Origin: Planctomycetaceae bacterium
Lineage (GTDB): Bacteria > Planctomycetota > Planctomycetia > Planctomycetales > Planctomycetaceae
Reading direction: 5' to 3'
NCBI GenBank assembly: GCA_029259815.1
Contig: JAJDEJ010000109.1
Location: 8,341 to 72,340 of the forward strand
DNA: 64,000 nt
Shown here in pieces: positions 26,729 through 36,192 of this stretch (the first letter of the stretch is position 1; every line of letters starts with the position of its first letter). Under the pieces are notes generated by a model. It did no database searches, was not told where the DNA came from, and saw only the letters and a list, made by a program, of their open reading frames with translations. A program made the position numbers and the translations under genes.

Positions 26729-27757
26729 TCAGGAAAGTCTCTCACGTCCCAACCGAGCGAGCGCGAACGCACACGCAGCTTGAGAGTGCTGATTCCCCAG
26801 CGATGTGCGCAGACTGAGGATTTGGCAGACTCCCTCACCAAGCGTGCGGGTCACGACCTCCCGTGCGAGAAACTCTCCTTCTCCGCTGACGAGCACGATC
26901 GCTGGCGCTGATGTCATTTGGTCAATCACCTGTGACAGCGACCTCCCGATTGCATCACGTTGTGCACGGCGAACATGCTCTGCGATGGCGATCAGTTCCG
27001 GCTGACTCAATTCGTTCGAATCGCAGCAAAGCATGTGGGCCAGGCGATTCAGTGCGGCTTTCCGTGTTGCGGGGCGTCCATCGGCCGTGTCACATCGCTG
27101 GGTGTCTTCGGCCACGTCCCCCAGAATCAGCGAGACATCGTCCATCGTCGCAAACAGCTCAGCGGCGATGGGGCAGACACCTCCACGCAGCGGGACGGTC
27201 TGCACGAGGGAACAAATCGGGGTCCTGCGAACACCGGCATAGACAAGTTCACCGCTCTGGAGACGCTCGATATCGGTGAGTCCGGTCGAGAATGGGAAGC
27301 CATCCTTCAGCGGAACGATGTCTGTTGTTGTTGATCCCACATCGACCAACAGTGACGGTCCCTGGGGGGCCATGCGTCCGGCCCATGTCGCCAGCGCGTG
27401 CCAGTTGGCGGCAGCCGTCAGCAAAGGAAACTCGCGGGCGACTTCAGCAGGCACGAACTCTCCCGACGTCTGCCAGACACAGATACGAGCCTTTGTCACA
27501 GCTTCGACGGCTGACAGAATTTGACTGACACCCTCCGCCTTCGTTGGGAAGCAGTCAGCCAACTCCGCCGTCATGGTGAGTGCGACATCAGAAACTGGCT
27601 CGAACTCAGCCAACAGATCTCCCAAGACCACAGACAACTCGTGGACGTGTTCCCACATGGCGAAGCGACGCGACACCGACCGTTGCTCGCCGTCCGATGC
27701 TTTCAGGTTTGCTCCCCCGATATCCAACCCAACAACTCGCACTTGGCCTCTTGTCAT
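26729..27757 (-). CDS. Hydantoinase/oxoprolinase-fold protein, probably of the H4MPT-linked C1-transfer-pathway family
   Basis: VVGLDIGGANLKASDG and LLVDVGSTTTDIVPL are ASKHA-fold phosphate motifs. The size (~340 aa) and the pairing with an ATP-grasp gene fit the uncharacterised H4MPT-linked family known from methylotrophs and planctomycetes. Confidence 0.7.
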   Translation of the reverse strand: MTRGQVRVVGLDIGGANLKASDGEQRSVSRRFAMWEHVHELSVVLGDLLAEFEPVSDVALTMTAELADCFPTKAEGVSQILSAVEAVTKARICVWQTSGEFVPAEVAREFPLLTAAANWHALATWAGRMAPQGPSLLVDVGSTTTDIVPLKDGFPFSTGLTDIERLQSGELVYAGVRRTPICSLVQTVPLRGGVCPIAAELFATMDDVSLILGDVAEDTQRCDTADGRPATRKAALNRLAHMLCCDSNELSQPELIAIAEHVRRAQRDAIGRSLSQVIDQMTSAPAIVLVSGEGEFLAREVVTRTLGEGVCQILSLRTSLGNQHSQAACAFALARLGRERLS

Positions 27758-28827
27758 TGGACCACTTCTGATTGAAGTTCAAAGCCCGTGCTGGATCCGG
27801 TTGAGCAGACAACGGCTCCGGCGGGTGTGAACTCGACGTGCCCTGGATTCCAGTGAATTGGCTCCGTCACAGCGGCGCCGTCCAGCATGCGGGAGGCGAG
27901 ATTGACATGCGTAAGACGGCGATAACCCAAGTAGCTTGTCGTCAGACGTGGATTGATTTCGACGATCACTGGTTGCTGAGGCTCGTCGTGAGGCATGATC
28001 AGATCGAAACCGAGATACCCGGCCAGTCCCGACATCTTCGAGCAGACAGAATCCACCGTTTGCCTGACAGCTGATTGCGGCGTCCCCGCCCACGGTATGC
28101 GTCCGCCCTCGTAAGCAAATGTCCCATCAGTGGACAGAGATTGAGTCCCCGTTGGCAAGATCTCCCAAGTGTTCGTGTGCGGCTGACAAATGACACCGAC
28201 TGACACGGCGGTTCCACTGACAAATGGTTGGACGATTATCTCATTGATCTCTTCGCAGGGCTGCCATGACCGCAGTTCCATGGCCGCTTTCAGGTTTGGG
28301 AACGTATGCACGTCCTGCGAGCCAGCTCCAAACCGTGGCTTGACCACGACCGGACCATCACCTGCCGACAACGAGCAATCGTGACCAAGTCGTGAAGTCT
28401 CGATTGTCGGGACGCCCTTCGATTGCAAAAACTGTGCAAGCCTGAGTTTGTCACTGCACAAGTGGATTGTTTCAGAATCAGGATTGAGCACGTGGGCAAC
28501 ACCCGCATCTCGTGCCGCGAGACACCGCTGATGGAGGACGTTACCCAGTTCCGGGGCGATGACCAGACAGACATCGGAGTCGAGCGCGAGTTCAAGGAAG
28601 ACCCGCTGCTCTTCAAGAGGACTTGAGACACGAATCACGCTGACGCTGTTGATGTCCAAGTCGGGGCGACGGTGATCGAGCGTCGTGACGACCTGGCAAT
28701 CGGGAATCTGTGCAAAGTCGCAAACGACCGCACGCAGCATTGCCAGTCCCTCACGTTCGAGAGATGGAGGCAACTCGGGATCTGACCAGCCTCCCCCACA
28801 GACGTACTCGGAGATGAACACCTTCAT
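27754..28827 (-). CDS. ATP-grasp domain protein
   Basis: PVVVKPRFGAGSQDV..., IVQPFVSG and LGFDLIM....VIVEINPRLTTSY follow the ATP-grasp pattern. Its stop overlaps the start of the downstream gene (ATGA at 27754-27757). Confidence 0.75.
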   Translation of the reverse strand: MKVFISEYVCGGGWSDPELPPSLEREGLAMLRAVVCDFAQIPDCQVVTTLDHRRPDLDINSVSVIRVSSPLEEQRVFLELALDSDVCLVIAPELGNVLHQRCLAARDAGVAHVLNPDSETIHLCSDKLRLAQFLQSKGVPTIETSRLGHDCSLSAGDGPVVVKPRFGAGSQDVHTFPNLKAAMELRSWQPCEEINEIIVQPFVSGTAVSVGVICQPHTNTWEILPTGTQSLSTDGTFAYEGGRIPWAGTPQSAVRQTVDSVCSKMSGLAGYLGFDLIMPHDEPQQPVIVEINPRLTTSYLGYRRLTHVNLASRMLDGAAVTEPIHWNPGHVEFTPAGAVVCSTGSSTGFELQSEVVQ

Positions 28828-28888
28828 GGAACAGACAGTTGGCAGCCGTGGAGGGACGTCAGGATCAGCAGGTCAATCTTGCGGCACG

Positions 28889-30229
28889 TCACGCGGACGG
28901 TTCAAACAGTTCCAAGACACCTGCTCTGTTTTCGCGTTGAAGGAGGACGACAGCGGTATCTCCAGCCTTGAGCTGATCAGTTCCGGTGGCAACCCAAACC
29001 ACTTCATCTCTCACAATCGCTGCGATGAGGCAAGGTGGATGAGGAAGATCCTTCAAGGGTGCCGCGGTGATCGGAGCCCCTTCCATAACTTCCACCTCCC
29101 AGACAGACGCATCCTGACCTGCGATGTCCGACTGAGCGACGACCACTCCAAAACTGAGCATCCCCATGACTTCCCGAGCCATCACTTGTCGTGGACTGAC
29201 AGCGATATCAATCCCCAGTTTCTCCAGCACATTCGCATAGTCGGGACGTCGGACAACACTCAAGATCTGCTTGGCTCCCAGCTCGCGCGCTTCAACGCCG
29301 CAGATGATGTTGTCTTCGTCTCTGCCCGTCGCAGCTACGAAAGCGTCTGCTGAGCCCACGCGGGCTTCTTCCATCTCCGAACGCCATGTGGCGTCCGCGT
29401 TCAAGACGGTCACCTCTGGTAGACGTTTGGCAAGGTACTCACATCGCTCAGGATCGGCTTCGAGCATCTTCACACGAAAGCGGTCATAATGCATGGCTCG
29501 GGCAAGGTGAAAGCCAACCTCACCACCGCCGGCGATGATGACATCGATCCGCTGCCGAACTTTCCGCTCGAACGACTTGCGGATCGCATCCAGCTCTTTT
29601 TGTTGACCGATCAGCGTGACAATGTCTCCGGCTTCGATCATGTCATCTGCGAAAGGAATCCGCGTGCGCTTGGCGTTGGAGATCAGTCCAATACGAACTT
29701 GAGTCGGCAGACCCAGATCGCGGAGCTTCTTGCCAACGGCCTTCGCATCCGGCTCGACGGCGACTTCATGAACATGCACTCCACCACGGGCGAAATTCTC
29801 GATGGCGAACAACCCCGGTGCACGGATGCCCTTTGCCAGTTCCACTGCGGTCAGCTGCTCCAGACTGAGCAGACGATCAATGTGGAAGTGGCGTTGATAG
29901 TCGAACGTGCTGAAATCTCGATACGCCGGGTTGAAGATGCGGACGACACTTCGTCGGGCTCCCATGGCCTTTGACAGACTTGCGCCCACGACGTTCAACT
30001 CGTCTCTGTCCGTGACGGCCAGCACGAGATCCGCCGATTGAACTCCGGCCTGAAACAACGGGATCGCTTCGCATCCAGAACCGTGGACTGTCTGCACATC
30101 GATCTTTTCTTCGACTCGATTCAATGCCTCCCGCGAGGAATCGACAATCACGACGTTATGCTGATCTGCGCACAACATCTCTGCGATCGACGTCCCCACA
30201 GTTCCGGCCCCGATAACGACGATATGCAT
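28889..30229 (-). CDS. trkA: Trk potassium uptake system protein TrkA (two NAD-binding and two TrkA-C domains)
   Basis: [19 protein letters not shown] and a second [16 protein letters not shown]. The RCK-C-like segments include GDIVTLIG and [11 protein letters not shown] 30229 gives 446 aa; the longer ORF to 30415 adds a non-homologous extension. Confidence 0.9.
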   Translation of the reverse strand: MHIVVIGAGTVGTSIAEMLCADQHNVVIVDSSREALNRVEEKIDVQTVHGSGCEAIPLFQAGVQSADLVLAVTDRDELNVVGASLSKAMGARRSVVRIFNPAYRDFSTFDYQRHFHIDRLLSLEQLTAVELAKGIRAPGLFAIENFARGGVHVHEVAVEPDAKAVGKKLRDLGLPTQVRIGLISNAKRTRIPFADDMIEAGDIVTLIGQQKELDAIRKSFERKVRQRIDVIIAGGGEVGFHLARAMHYDRFRVKMLEADPERCEYLAKRLPEVTVLNADATWRSEMEEARVGSADAFVAATGRDEDNIICGVEARELGAKQILSVVRRPDYANVLEKLGIDIAVSPRQVMAREVMGMLSFGVVVAQSDIAGQDASVWEVEVMEGAPITAAPLKDLPHPPCLIAAIVRDEVVWVATGTDQLKAGDTAVVLLQRENRAGVLELFEPSA

Positions 30230-30368
30230 TGATAATGATCGACCGATGACAACTTCGGGCAAACGACGGTCGCAACACTGCAGACCATCGTCAAAGTCCG
30301 ATTGTAACTGGTTGAAAGCCGAAGATGCGACCGAACGAATCCGACAGGCAGTCGTCAGTCCATGATCA

Positions 30369-31220
30369 TTAGAGGTTCGCCGCCGTTGCGTGGGGCATAA
30401 AGAACCCACTGACATAGCTCAAGAGTCGTTCCGACGCATGAGGCATCTCTGACTCGATGCGATCTGCCAACGACCCAGGGTCTGGATTTTCTCGTAAGTC
30501 GTGTAGATAGTTGATCAGCAACATCTGTGTGTCGGGCGACTCGTGGAGCAGGAAGTGCACCCAGGCCCACGACTCCTGATAGTCCAGACGGTGCATCTCA
30601 GCAACATCTTCCAGGCTTTCCAGTCGACGGAGGTCGGGACGCCAACCATTCTGCACAGCTGTCGACAGCCTCTGAGCATGTTCGATATTCACCCGTTGTG
30701 GATCCCGACCAGTGACTTCAAAGTACTCTGCGATGCCTTCGTCCAACCACAGGGGGACTGCTTTCAAGCCGGCATGAAGCAAGCCGTGAGTATACTCATG
30801 ACGCAGATCGACTCGCACCTGATTTCCGTCGAACGCATACACCGCCAGTTCTGCCGGCGAACCAATGAAGAACGCTCGTCGGGGCGGCAGATCCGGATAG
30901 GCCCCGTTCATGTAGGTGGAGTAGTCACTTTCGTTGCTGAACAAATAGACAACGACACGACGATCCTCCATCGGCACCTCAAGCGTCTCTGAGACCTGAC
31001 CGCGGAGTTCTTTCAACTCCAGAATCAACGGGTCATCCTTCGCCATTTCGAAGTCAGTCAGCACGAGAAGCTGGTCAGACTTCACCGAATGGCGGGCCGG
31101 CAAGCCGGAGACCTGAGGTGTCCGTGTCGCGCAGCCCCACACGCCCGTGACGAGGACCAGCAGTCCCAGGCAAAGGGTCAATCGAATCTGTGAACGTTGT
31201 GTCAGTGAGCGATCCGTCAC
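30369..31220 (-). CDS. DUF1570-family putative metallopeptidase-like lipoprotein
   Basis: A signal and lipobox-like [10 protein letters not shown], the HExxH-type HEYTHGLLH, and [13 protein letters not shown]. Confidence 0.75.
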   Translation of the reverse strand: MTDRSLTQRSQIRLTLCLGLLVLVTGVWGCATRTPQVSGLPARHSVKSDQLLVLTDFEMAKDDPLILELKELRGQVSETLEVPMEDRRVVVYLFSNESDYSTYMNGAYPDLPPRRAFFIGSPAELAVYAFDGNQVRVDLRHEYTHGLLHAGLKAVPLWLDEGIAEYFEVTGRDPQRVNIEHAQRLSTAVQNGWRPDLRRLESLEDVAEMHRLDYQESWAWVHFLLHESPDTQMLLINYLHDLRENPDPGSLADRIESEMPHASERLLSYVSGFFMPHATAANL

Positions 31221-31398
31221 TCGGTAACCACCACAATTGAACGAAGCTGATTGCCCTCAGCCAGACGTCTTCAGTCCGTACAGATCGAAAGTGATCACAC
31301 CGATCCTCATCGGCCTGCGAACCGCCGAATTCTCGCACAAGGTGAGAATCTGCACAACACGGGTTATTAAGGCGAAAATCGGTCTCATCCGGTGCCGA

Positions 31399-32379
31399 TC
31401 AAGCAGTGTTACTCTCTGGACCAAGACGATCGCCTGTTTCCAGCGAGTGTCCTCGCCGAAAGTCTGCTGCTGTCATTGCTCGTTTGCCAGCCGGTTGGAG
31501 CCGGTTGACCCGCACTGCTCCGTCGCCAGTGACCACGCACAATTCCTCGGAGTCGGTGCCAACGAAGATCTCACCCGGCTCACCCGAAGCGTCCGTCGCA
31601 GGCAACGGGTCGACGTCGAGTATGAGCATCCGAAGAGGAACTTCATCGGTCGAATGGAGGAATGTGTAGGGCTTGGGCCACGGCTGCATCGCCCGAATGT
31701 GGCGTTCAACCACAAGCGATGGCTGCGACCAATCGATGAGGCCGATCTCTTTCTTCATCCGCGGTGCCGTCGTCACCTGGCTCTGGTCCTGAGTCACCTC
31801 TTGAGTGGTGCCTGACTCCAGTTGATTGATCACTTCGATCGTCAGCGCCGGTGAGAGTTGAGACAATCGTTTTTCCAAGTCGCCAGTCGTTTCCTTGGCT
31901 TGAATGGGCGTGCTGACCATTCCCAGGAGAGGCCCTGCGTCGAGCTTCGGTTCGATGCGAAAGATGCTGATGCCGGTCTCAGTCTCGCCGTTTAGAATGG
32001 CATACAAAATGGGGGCGGCTCCTCGATACTTGGGCAATAGCGACGCATGGACGTTGATCGCTCCCAGCCGAGGGATGCCGAGCAGTTCAGCGGACAGAAT
32101 CTGGCCATAGGCAGCGACGACGAAAAGGTTCGCGTTGAACTCGCGTAACCGCTCGATTGACTCGGCGGCATTGGCCTTTGTTGGCTGAAAGACAGGCGTG
32201 CCCCGTTCGAGTGCCGCGTCCTTCATGGGATGAGGGTGGTGATGATGCCCGCGTCCAGCACGGTCTGGCTGCGTGACCAGGCCGACGACCTCATGTCCGG
32301 ATTCATACAGACTCAGGAACGTGGGCAACGCAAAGGTGCCCGTGCCCATCATCAGGAGTCGCAAGCTCACGGGTGTCAT
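31399..32379 (-). CDS. fmt: Methionyl-tRNA formyltransferase
   Basis: LRLLMMGTGTFALP, VVAAYGQIL, INVHASLLPKYRGAAPI and LQPAGKRAMTAADFRRG. The start overlaps the def stop (ATGA). Confidence 0.95.
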   Translation of the reverse strand: MTPVSLRLLMMGTGTFALPTFLSLYESGHEVVGLVTQPDRAGRGHHHHPHPMKDAALERGTPVFQPTKANAAESIERLREFNANLFVVAAYGQILSAELLGIPRLGAINVHASLLPKYRGAAPILYAILNGETETGISIFRIEPKLDAGPLLGMVSTPIQAKETTGDLEKRLSQLSPALTIEVINQLESGTTQEVTQDQSQVTTAPRMKKEIGLIDWSQPSLVVERHIRAMQPWPKPYTFLHSTDEVPLRMLILDVDPLPATDASGEPGEIFVGTDSEELCVVTGDGAVRVNRLQPAGKRAMTAADFRRGHSLETGDRLGPESNTA

Positions 32380-32963
32380 CCCTGTGTGAGTGAAGTGGCT
32401 TGGGCTTCGAGTTCACCGCGAATATCCTCATCGGCAGGGAGATCGCCCGAGGACTGCTGGCGTCGGAAGAGCGTCTCGAAGTCAGCCAACTTGGGAGCCA
32501 ACTCTCTCTCAGCAGATTCGGAAATCCTGTCGATGAACAGGACCCCGTCAAGATGATCCGACTCATGCTGGATCACGCGAGAGGGGAGGTCGTCTAAGGT
32601 GATCTCAAATCCCTGCCCATCGAGGTCGTAGGCTTCCACGGTGATCTCATCAGCACGTCGAACTTCGGCATACAACTCGGGCAGACTGAGGCATCCCTCC
32701 TCGCCGAGCACAGACCCCTTGCGACTCGTGATCTCGGGGTTGATGAACACGAGTTCGGACTCCTTGTCCTGTTCTTCCCCCGTGGGATTGATGATGAACA
32801 ATCGCAGCGGCAAGGCCACCTGATTCGCCGCCAGACCGATCCCTTTTGCCTCATACATCAACTCGAACATCTGTTCGACCGTCTCTCTCAGTGAGGCATC
32901 GATGCGCGTGACGTCACTCGACTTCCAACGCAGGGCCGGGTGAGGGTACTGAACAATTTCCAT
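32376..32963 (-). CDS. def: Peptide deformylase
   Basis: GIGLAANQV, EGCLSLP and QHESDHLDG are the three Def motifs. Confidence 0.95.
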   Translation of the reverse strand: MEIVQYPHPALRWKSSDVTRIDASLRETVEQMFELMYEAKGIGLAANQVALPLRLFIINPTGEEQDKESELVFINPEITSRKGSVLGEEGCLSLPELYAEVRRADEITVEAYDLDGQGFEITLDDLPSRVIQHESDHLDGVLFIDRISESAERELAPKLADFETLFRRQQSSGDLPADEDIRGELEAQATSLTQG

Positions 32964-33244
32964 TCGGGACTGTGTCTCAAAAACGTGGAGTCTGCCGGGA
33001 GAACTTTGTTTGCTGGTCGCGGCGACATTGAATGATCAATACGAGCAGGCAAGCAGAGATGGTCGAAGTTGATTATTGCGGACTCCGATGGCATGGTCAA
33101 ACTTGTGACTGAATGTGTCTGATTGACTGAGCTGCATTGAGATCGGTGTGGCGTCTCAATCCCAATCTGAGGGCTCGGAACGTGGGAATAACAACTGTCC
33201 AATGACTCACAGATCCTGTCATCCCGTGGCAATCACACTTTACC

Positions 33245-33344
33245 GTCTTTCCCGCGCAGGCGGGAATCCAGTGATTTCGGTTGGACTCTCGATGATTGCC
33301 CGCATGCTCAACGCGGACTGGATTCCCGCCTGCGCGGGAATGAC
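33245..33344. repeat. Palindromic intergenic repeat, family C, copy 1
   Basis: GTCTTTCCCGCGCAGGCGGGAATCCAG (33245-33271) has its inverted partner CTGGATTCCCGCCTGCGCGGGAATGAC at 33318-33344, with one mismatch. Each arm contains the hairpin TCCCGC-N4-GCGGGA. It is related to 49205-49304. Confidence 0.85.
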
Positions 33345-33471
33345 GGGACCATCCAACAAAGGAATCCGGTCGTCATGAATCCCGCGTCCCGCGCCGTCGA
33401 ACAACATCAGCTGCGTGTTGGTCACGTCGGACGACGGTCGGGCCGTCGGCTTGGGAACTCTGTGCCCACAC

Positions 33472-33508
33472 AAAAAACGGGCTGCACCTGTTTCCAGGGA
33501 CAGCCCGT
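33472..33508 (-). terminator. Rho-independent terminator downstream of the Gly/Cys-rich small gene
   Basis: The minus strand reads ACGGGCTG-TC-CCTG-GAAA-CAGG-TG-CAGCCCGT followed by TTTTTTG. That is 12 bp of stem, a GNRA loop and a U-tract, 74 nt after the stop at 33582. Confidence 0.75.
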
Positions 33509-33581
33509 AAACGTCTCATCGATGGGTCCGCAGTCTCCCTCAGCTCACGCTCGAGAGCAGCATTAATAATGCTGACGCCGG

Positions 33582-33860
33582 TTAGTATGTCGGCAGACTG
33601 TTGATCGGCACCCCAGCGGTGACCGGGTAAGTCGGACCATAGGCGTATGGAGTCGCTGCCGGGAGTCCAGCGGTCGTGTTTGTGCCGCCGTAGTAGGCAC
33701 CTTGCGGATACCCGCCACCGTAGTAACTCGGAGCACCGCCGCAAGCACCGCCGGCACAACCGCCACCGCCGCATCCGCCGCCGTATGGATTCATCCAGCA
33801 GCAGCCGACGCTAGAAGCAGCGATCGCAATGCATGCGCATAGCATCATGAACTGTTTCAT
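33582..33860 (-). CDS. Small secreted Gly/Cys/Tyr-rich protein (92 aa)
   Basis: MKQFMMLCACIAIAASSVGC is a signal peptide. It is followed by CWMNPYGGGCGGGGCAGGACGGAPSYYGGGYPQGAYYGG..., and a dedicated terminator lies downstream. The ORF opens at 33881; I prefer ATG 33860. Confidence 0.6.
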   Translation of the reverse strand: MKQFMMLCACIAIAASSVGCCWMNPYGGGCGGGGCAGGACGGAPSYYGGGYPQGAYYGGTNTTAGLPAATPYAYGPTYPVTAGVPINSLPTY

Positions 33861-34174
33861 CGAACGTTCCTTTTCGATCAAATTCGAGAGAGAGATTGGA
33901 TTGTCGTGACAGGATTCGCCACGGAGCCCGCGATCTATGGGGAGACATCGTCGGCTGATAATCAGCGACGAACGCCACCGGATCTCACAGAGAACTGCGA
34001 GGCTTCGGCCCGGTTAATCGGAGTGGTCATGATGGGAAAAACTGAGAGATGAGTCGCAGTGGAAGCGCCTGAGCAGGCATGCATCCAACTGCGGGCGGGA
34101 AAATATCTGGAAACGAAATTCGAGTCAACAGCTTTTTGGCAGATTCTGCTGATTCGCGACGTTCAGGGGACTCA

Positions 34175-35875
34175 TTAGGTCGTCGATACGGCGACTTTGA
34201 TGCCATAGTACTTCTCCAGAACCGTCAAACACCCTTCAATTTCCTCATCACGATCGGCCTCGCAAAGCACGCCTGATAGACACAACCGGTCAGCGACGGC
34301 ACAAATCGTCTCCAATGACAAATCAGGGGCCAGCACAAGGCCAAGACGACGTTCGATCATGTCCCCCAAACTGCCAACCCACTCATGCTTGATCGACCAG
34401 TCCACGAATGACATCGGGATGTCGGTGCCGGGCAGCGACTGTCTCTCAGCGGACGACGTTAAGCTCTCGCGGCTGTTGGTTCCCAGCAACTGAAAGACGG
34501 CCTGAACTTGCTGCGGCTCATATCCCGTTTCAGCTGCGACGTCTCGACACCATTGATCGATATCATCGGGGAAGTCTTCCGCCCCCGGGACGAGGCGGTC
34601 GCGAGTCTCTCGAACCCGGGAGACATTCAGTCGACCCATCACGAGATCCGCCACTTCCTCCCCGAAGGCCCGGCAGGTCGTCAACTTGCCGCCAATCAGC
34701 GTGTCGACCGGGATTCCTTCGCGGCTGGTGGTGTGAATCCAATGCCCCCGTGGGATCGATCCGGTCCGTCCGCTTGGCACATAGGGCAAGGGACGCACGC
34801 CACTGTAATGGACGTCGATGTCCTGTCGCGTCAGTGCACAGCCAGGGATGACGTCATTCGTCATTCCGATGAGATACTGCAACTCCTCCTCACTCGCAAT
34901 TGCTTCTCCGGGAGGTCCAGTGAAGCGTTCGTCGGTGGTCCCCACTAGCACTGACTGGCCGAAGGGGAGGATAAACACCAGACGACCGTCGGTCGCCTCC
35001 GCGTAGATGCCGCCGTCTCCAATCGCCTGCCGGAGTCCGGCATGAGCCGTGATGAAATGACTTCCTTTCGTGCCACCCAGCAAACGTTCCGTCTCGACGT
35101 CCATGTCATTGAGCGTGAGGTCGCCCCAGGCCCCCGTTGCATTGATGATGGTCGACGGCTCAAACGAGTGAACGGCATCGCCGTCGGACACCCTCCGCAC
35201 AGCAACTTTGGAGTCTTCAAACAGGGCTCCGTGATGTGTGAAAATCCGAAACTCGATGTCATTCTCGGTTGCATACTGTCGGGCGTCTTCCAGTAGCGCG
35301 AGGGCGAAGCGTTCAGGATACAGCATCTGGGCATCGTAATAGCTGCACAGCCAATAGAATTTGCTCGCATCGACAGACGGCGTTCCTGTTTCGCCGATGC
35401 GTTCCAAGGAGTGGCTCGGCAACAATGACGATCGGGAAATCCAGTCGTAAAACCACAACCCCATGCGGACGACCATCAGTCCACGTTCTGAGCGACTCGG
35501 CAGACGGGCAGCGAGCCAGCGTCCGACAGAGAAGCGGCTCAGTCTGAGGAAGCGAAAGCCCGACTGGATTAGACCGCCAAAGCGTCTCGTCACGGGAATG
35601 TGCAACTTGAGTGGCTTCACAAACTGTGGAGCGAGCTTCAGCAGTCGCTCACGTTCATGCAGCGACTCAGCCACAAGACGGAAGTCCCCGTATTCCAGAT
35701 ATCGCAAGCCCCCGTGGATCAACCGCGATGCCTTCGCTGTCGCTCCGGTGGCGATATCCGCTTCATCGACCAACACGACGGGCACACGATTCAGCACCAA
35801 CTCCCGCGCCACGCAACATCCATTGATGCCTGCACCGAGAATCAGAACCGGTTTGGTGGGGGTGTCATTGGACAT
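34175..35875 (-). CDS. glpD: FAD-dependent glycerol-3-phosphate dehydrogenase
   Basis: ILGAGINGCCVARELVLNRVPVVLVDEADIATGATAKASRLIHGGLRYLE is the DAO/GlpD N-terminus. The 566-aa length includes the C-terminal GlpD-type domain. I prefer ATG 35875 (MSNDTPTKPV). Confidence 0.88.
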   Translation of the reverse strand: MSNDTPTKPVLILGAGINGCCVARELVLNRVPVVLVDEADIATGATAKASRLIHGGLRYLEYGDFRLVAESLHERERLLKLAPQFVKPLKLHIPVTRRFGGLIQSGFRFLRLSRFSVGRWLAARLPSRSERGLMVVRMGLWFYDWISRSSLLPSHSLERIGETGTPSVDASKFYWLCSYYDAQMLYPERFALALLEDARQYATENDIEFRIFTHHGALFEDSKVAVRRVSDGDAVHSFEPSTIINATGAWGDLTLNDMDVETERLLGGTKGSHFITAHAGLRQAIGDGGIYAEATDGRLVFILPFGQSVLVGTTDERFTGPPGEAIASEEELQYLIGMTNDVIPGCALTRQDIDVHYSGVRPLPYVPSGRTGSIPRGHWIHTTSREGIPVDTLIGGKLTTCRAFGEEVADLVMGRLNVSRVRETRDRLVPGAEDFPDDIDQWCRDVAAETGYEPQQVQAVFQLLGTNSRESLTSSAERQSLPGTDIPMSFVDWSIKHEWVGSLGDMIERRLGLVLAPDLSLETICAVADRLCLSGVLCEADRDEEIEGCLTVLEKYYGIKVAVSTT

Positions 35876-35910
35876 GTACCGCAGTCTAGCGAAGCTCACG
35901 TGAGTCGCCT

Positions 35911-35938
35911 ACATGATAGAACGCTTACATGATAGAAC
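35911..35938 (-). promoter_or_regulatory. Tandem direct 12-mer repeat upstream of glpD, a candidate operator or promoter element
   Basis: On the plus strand ACATGATAGAAC occurs at 35911-35922 and again at 35927-35938, a 16-nt period. It lies 36-63 nt upstream of the glpD ATG. It is AT-rich and contains two TATCAT (-10-like) motifs on the glpD strand. Confidence 0.3.
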
Positions 35939-35939
35939 A

Positions 35940-36053
35940 CAGATGACGCGGATCTGACGGATGAACGCAGATTGCTCTGATCAATCGCTTGAATGAACGA
36001 TTACACCAGAAACCGATCCGCGAAAATCCGCCTGATCCGCGTCATCTGCGTTC
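35940..36053. repeat. Palindromic intergenic repeat, family D
   Basis: CAGATGACGCGGATC (35940-35954) has its inverted partner GATCCGCGTCATCTG at 36034-36048, and GAACGCAGAT (35963-35972) pairs with ATCTGCGTTC (36044-36053). Translating it gives the spurious ORF ...SAKIRLIRVICVP.... Confidence 0.75.
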
Positions 36054-36192
36054 CAGCTTCCCCTGGCTCAAGGATTGATCATCCCACTTCATACGAACCG
36101 TTTGGAGGGGCACGCAAAGCTGGCAATTCTTCGATGAGCCTCCTATCATCCGCATCTGAGAATTATCGACCCCTCACACCATCAACTTAGCC

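Noticed and set aside
33148-33378. ORFs that translate the palindromic repeats: 33148..33378(+), 33240..33473(-), 49120..49332(-), 35993..36190(+), 25047..25313(+), and the tail of 10076..10342(+)
   Set aside because: Their only conserved parts are the repeat arms (for example WIPACAGMT, LDPRLRGNDG, AITLRVMSG, SAKIRLIRVICVP). These are translation artefacts of intergenic repeats, not genes.
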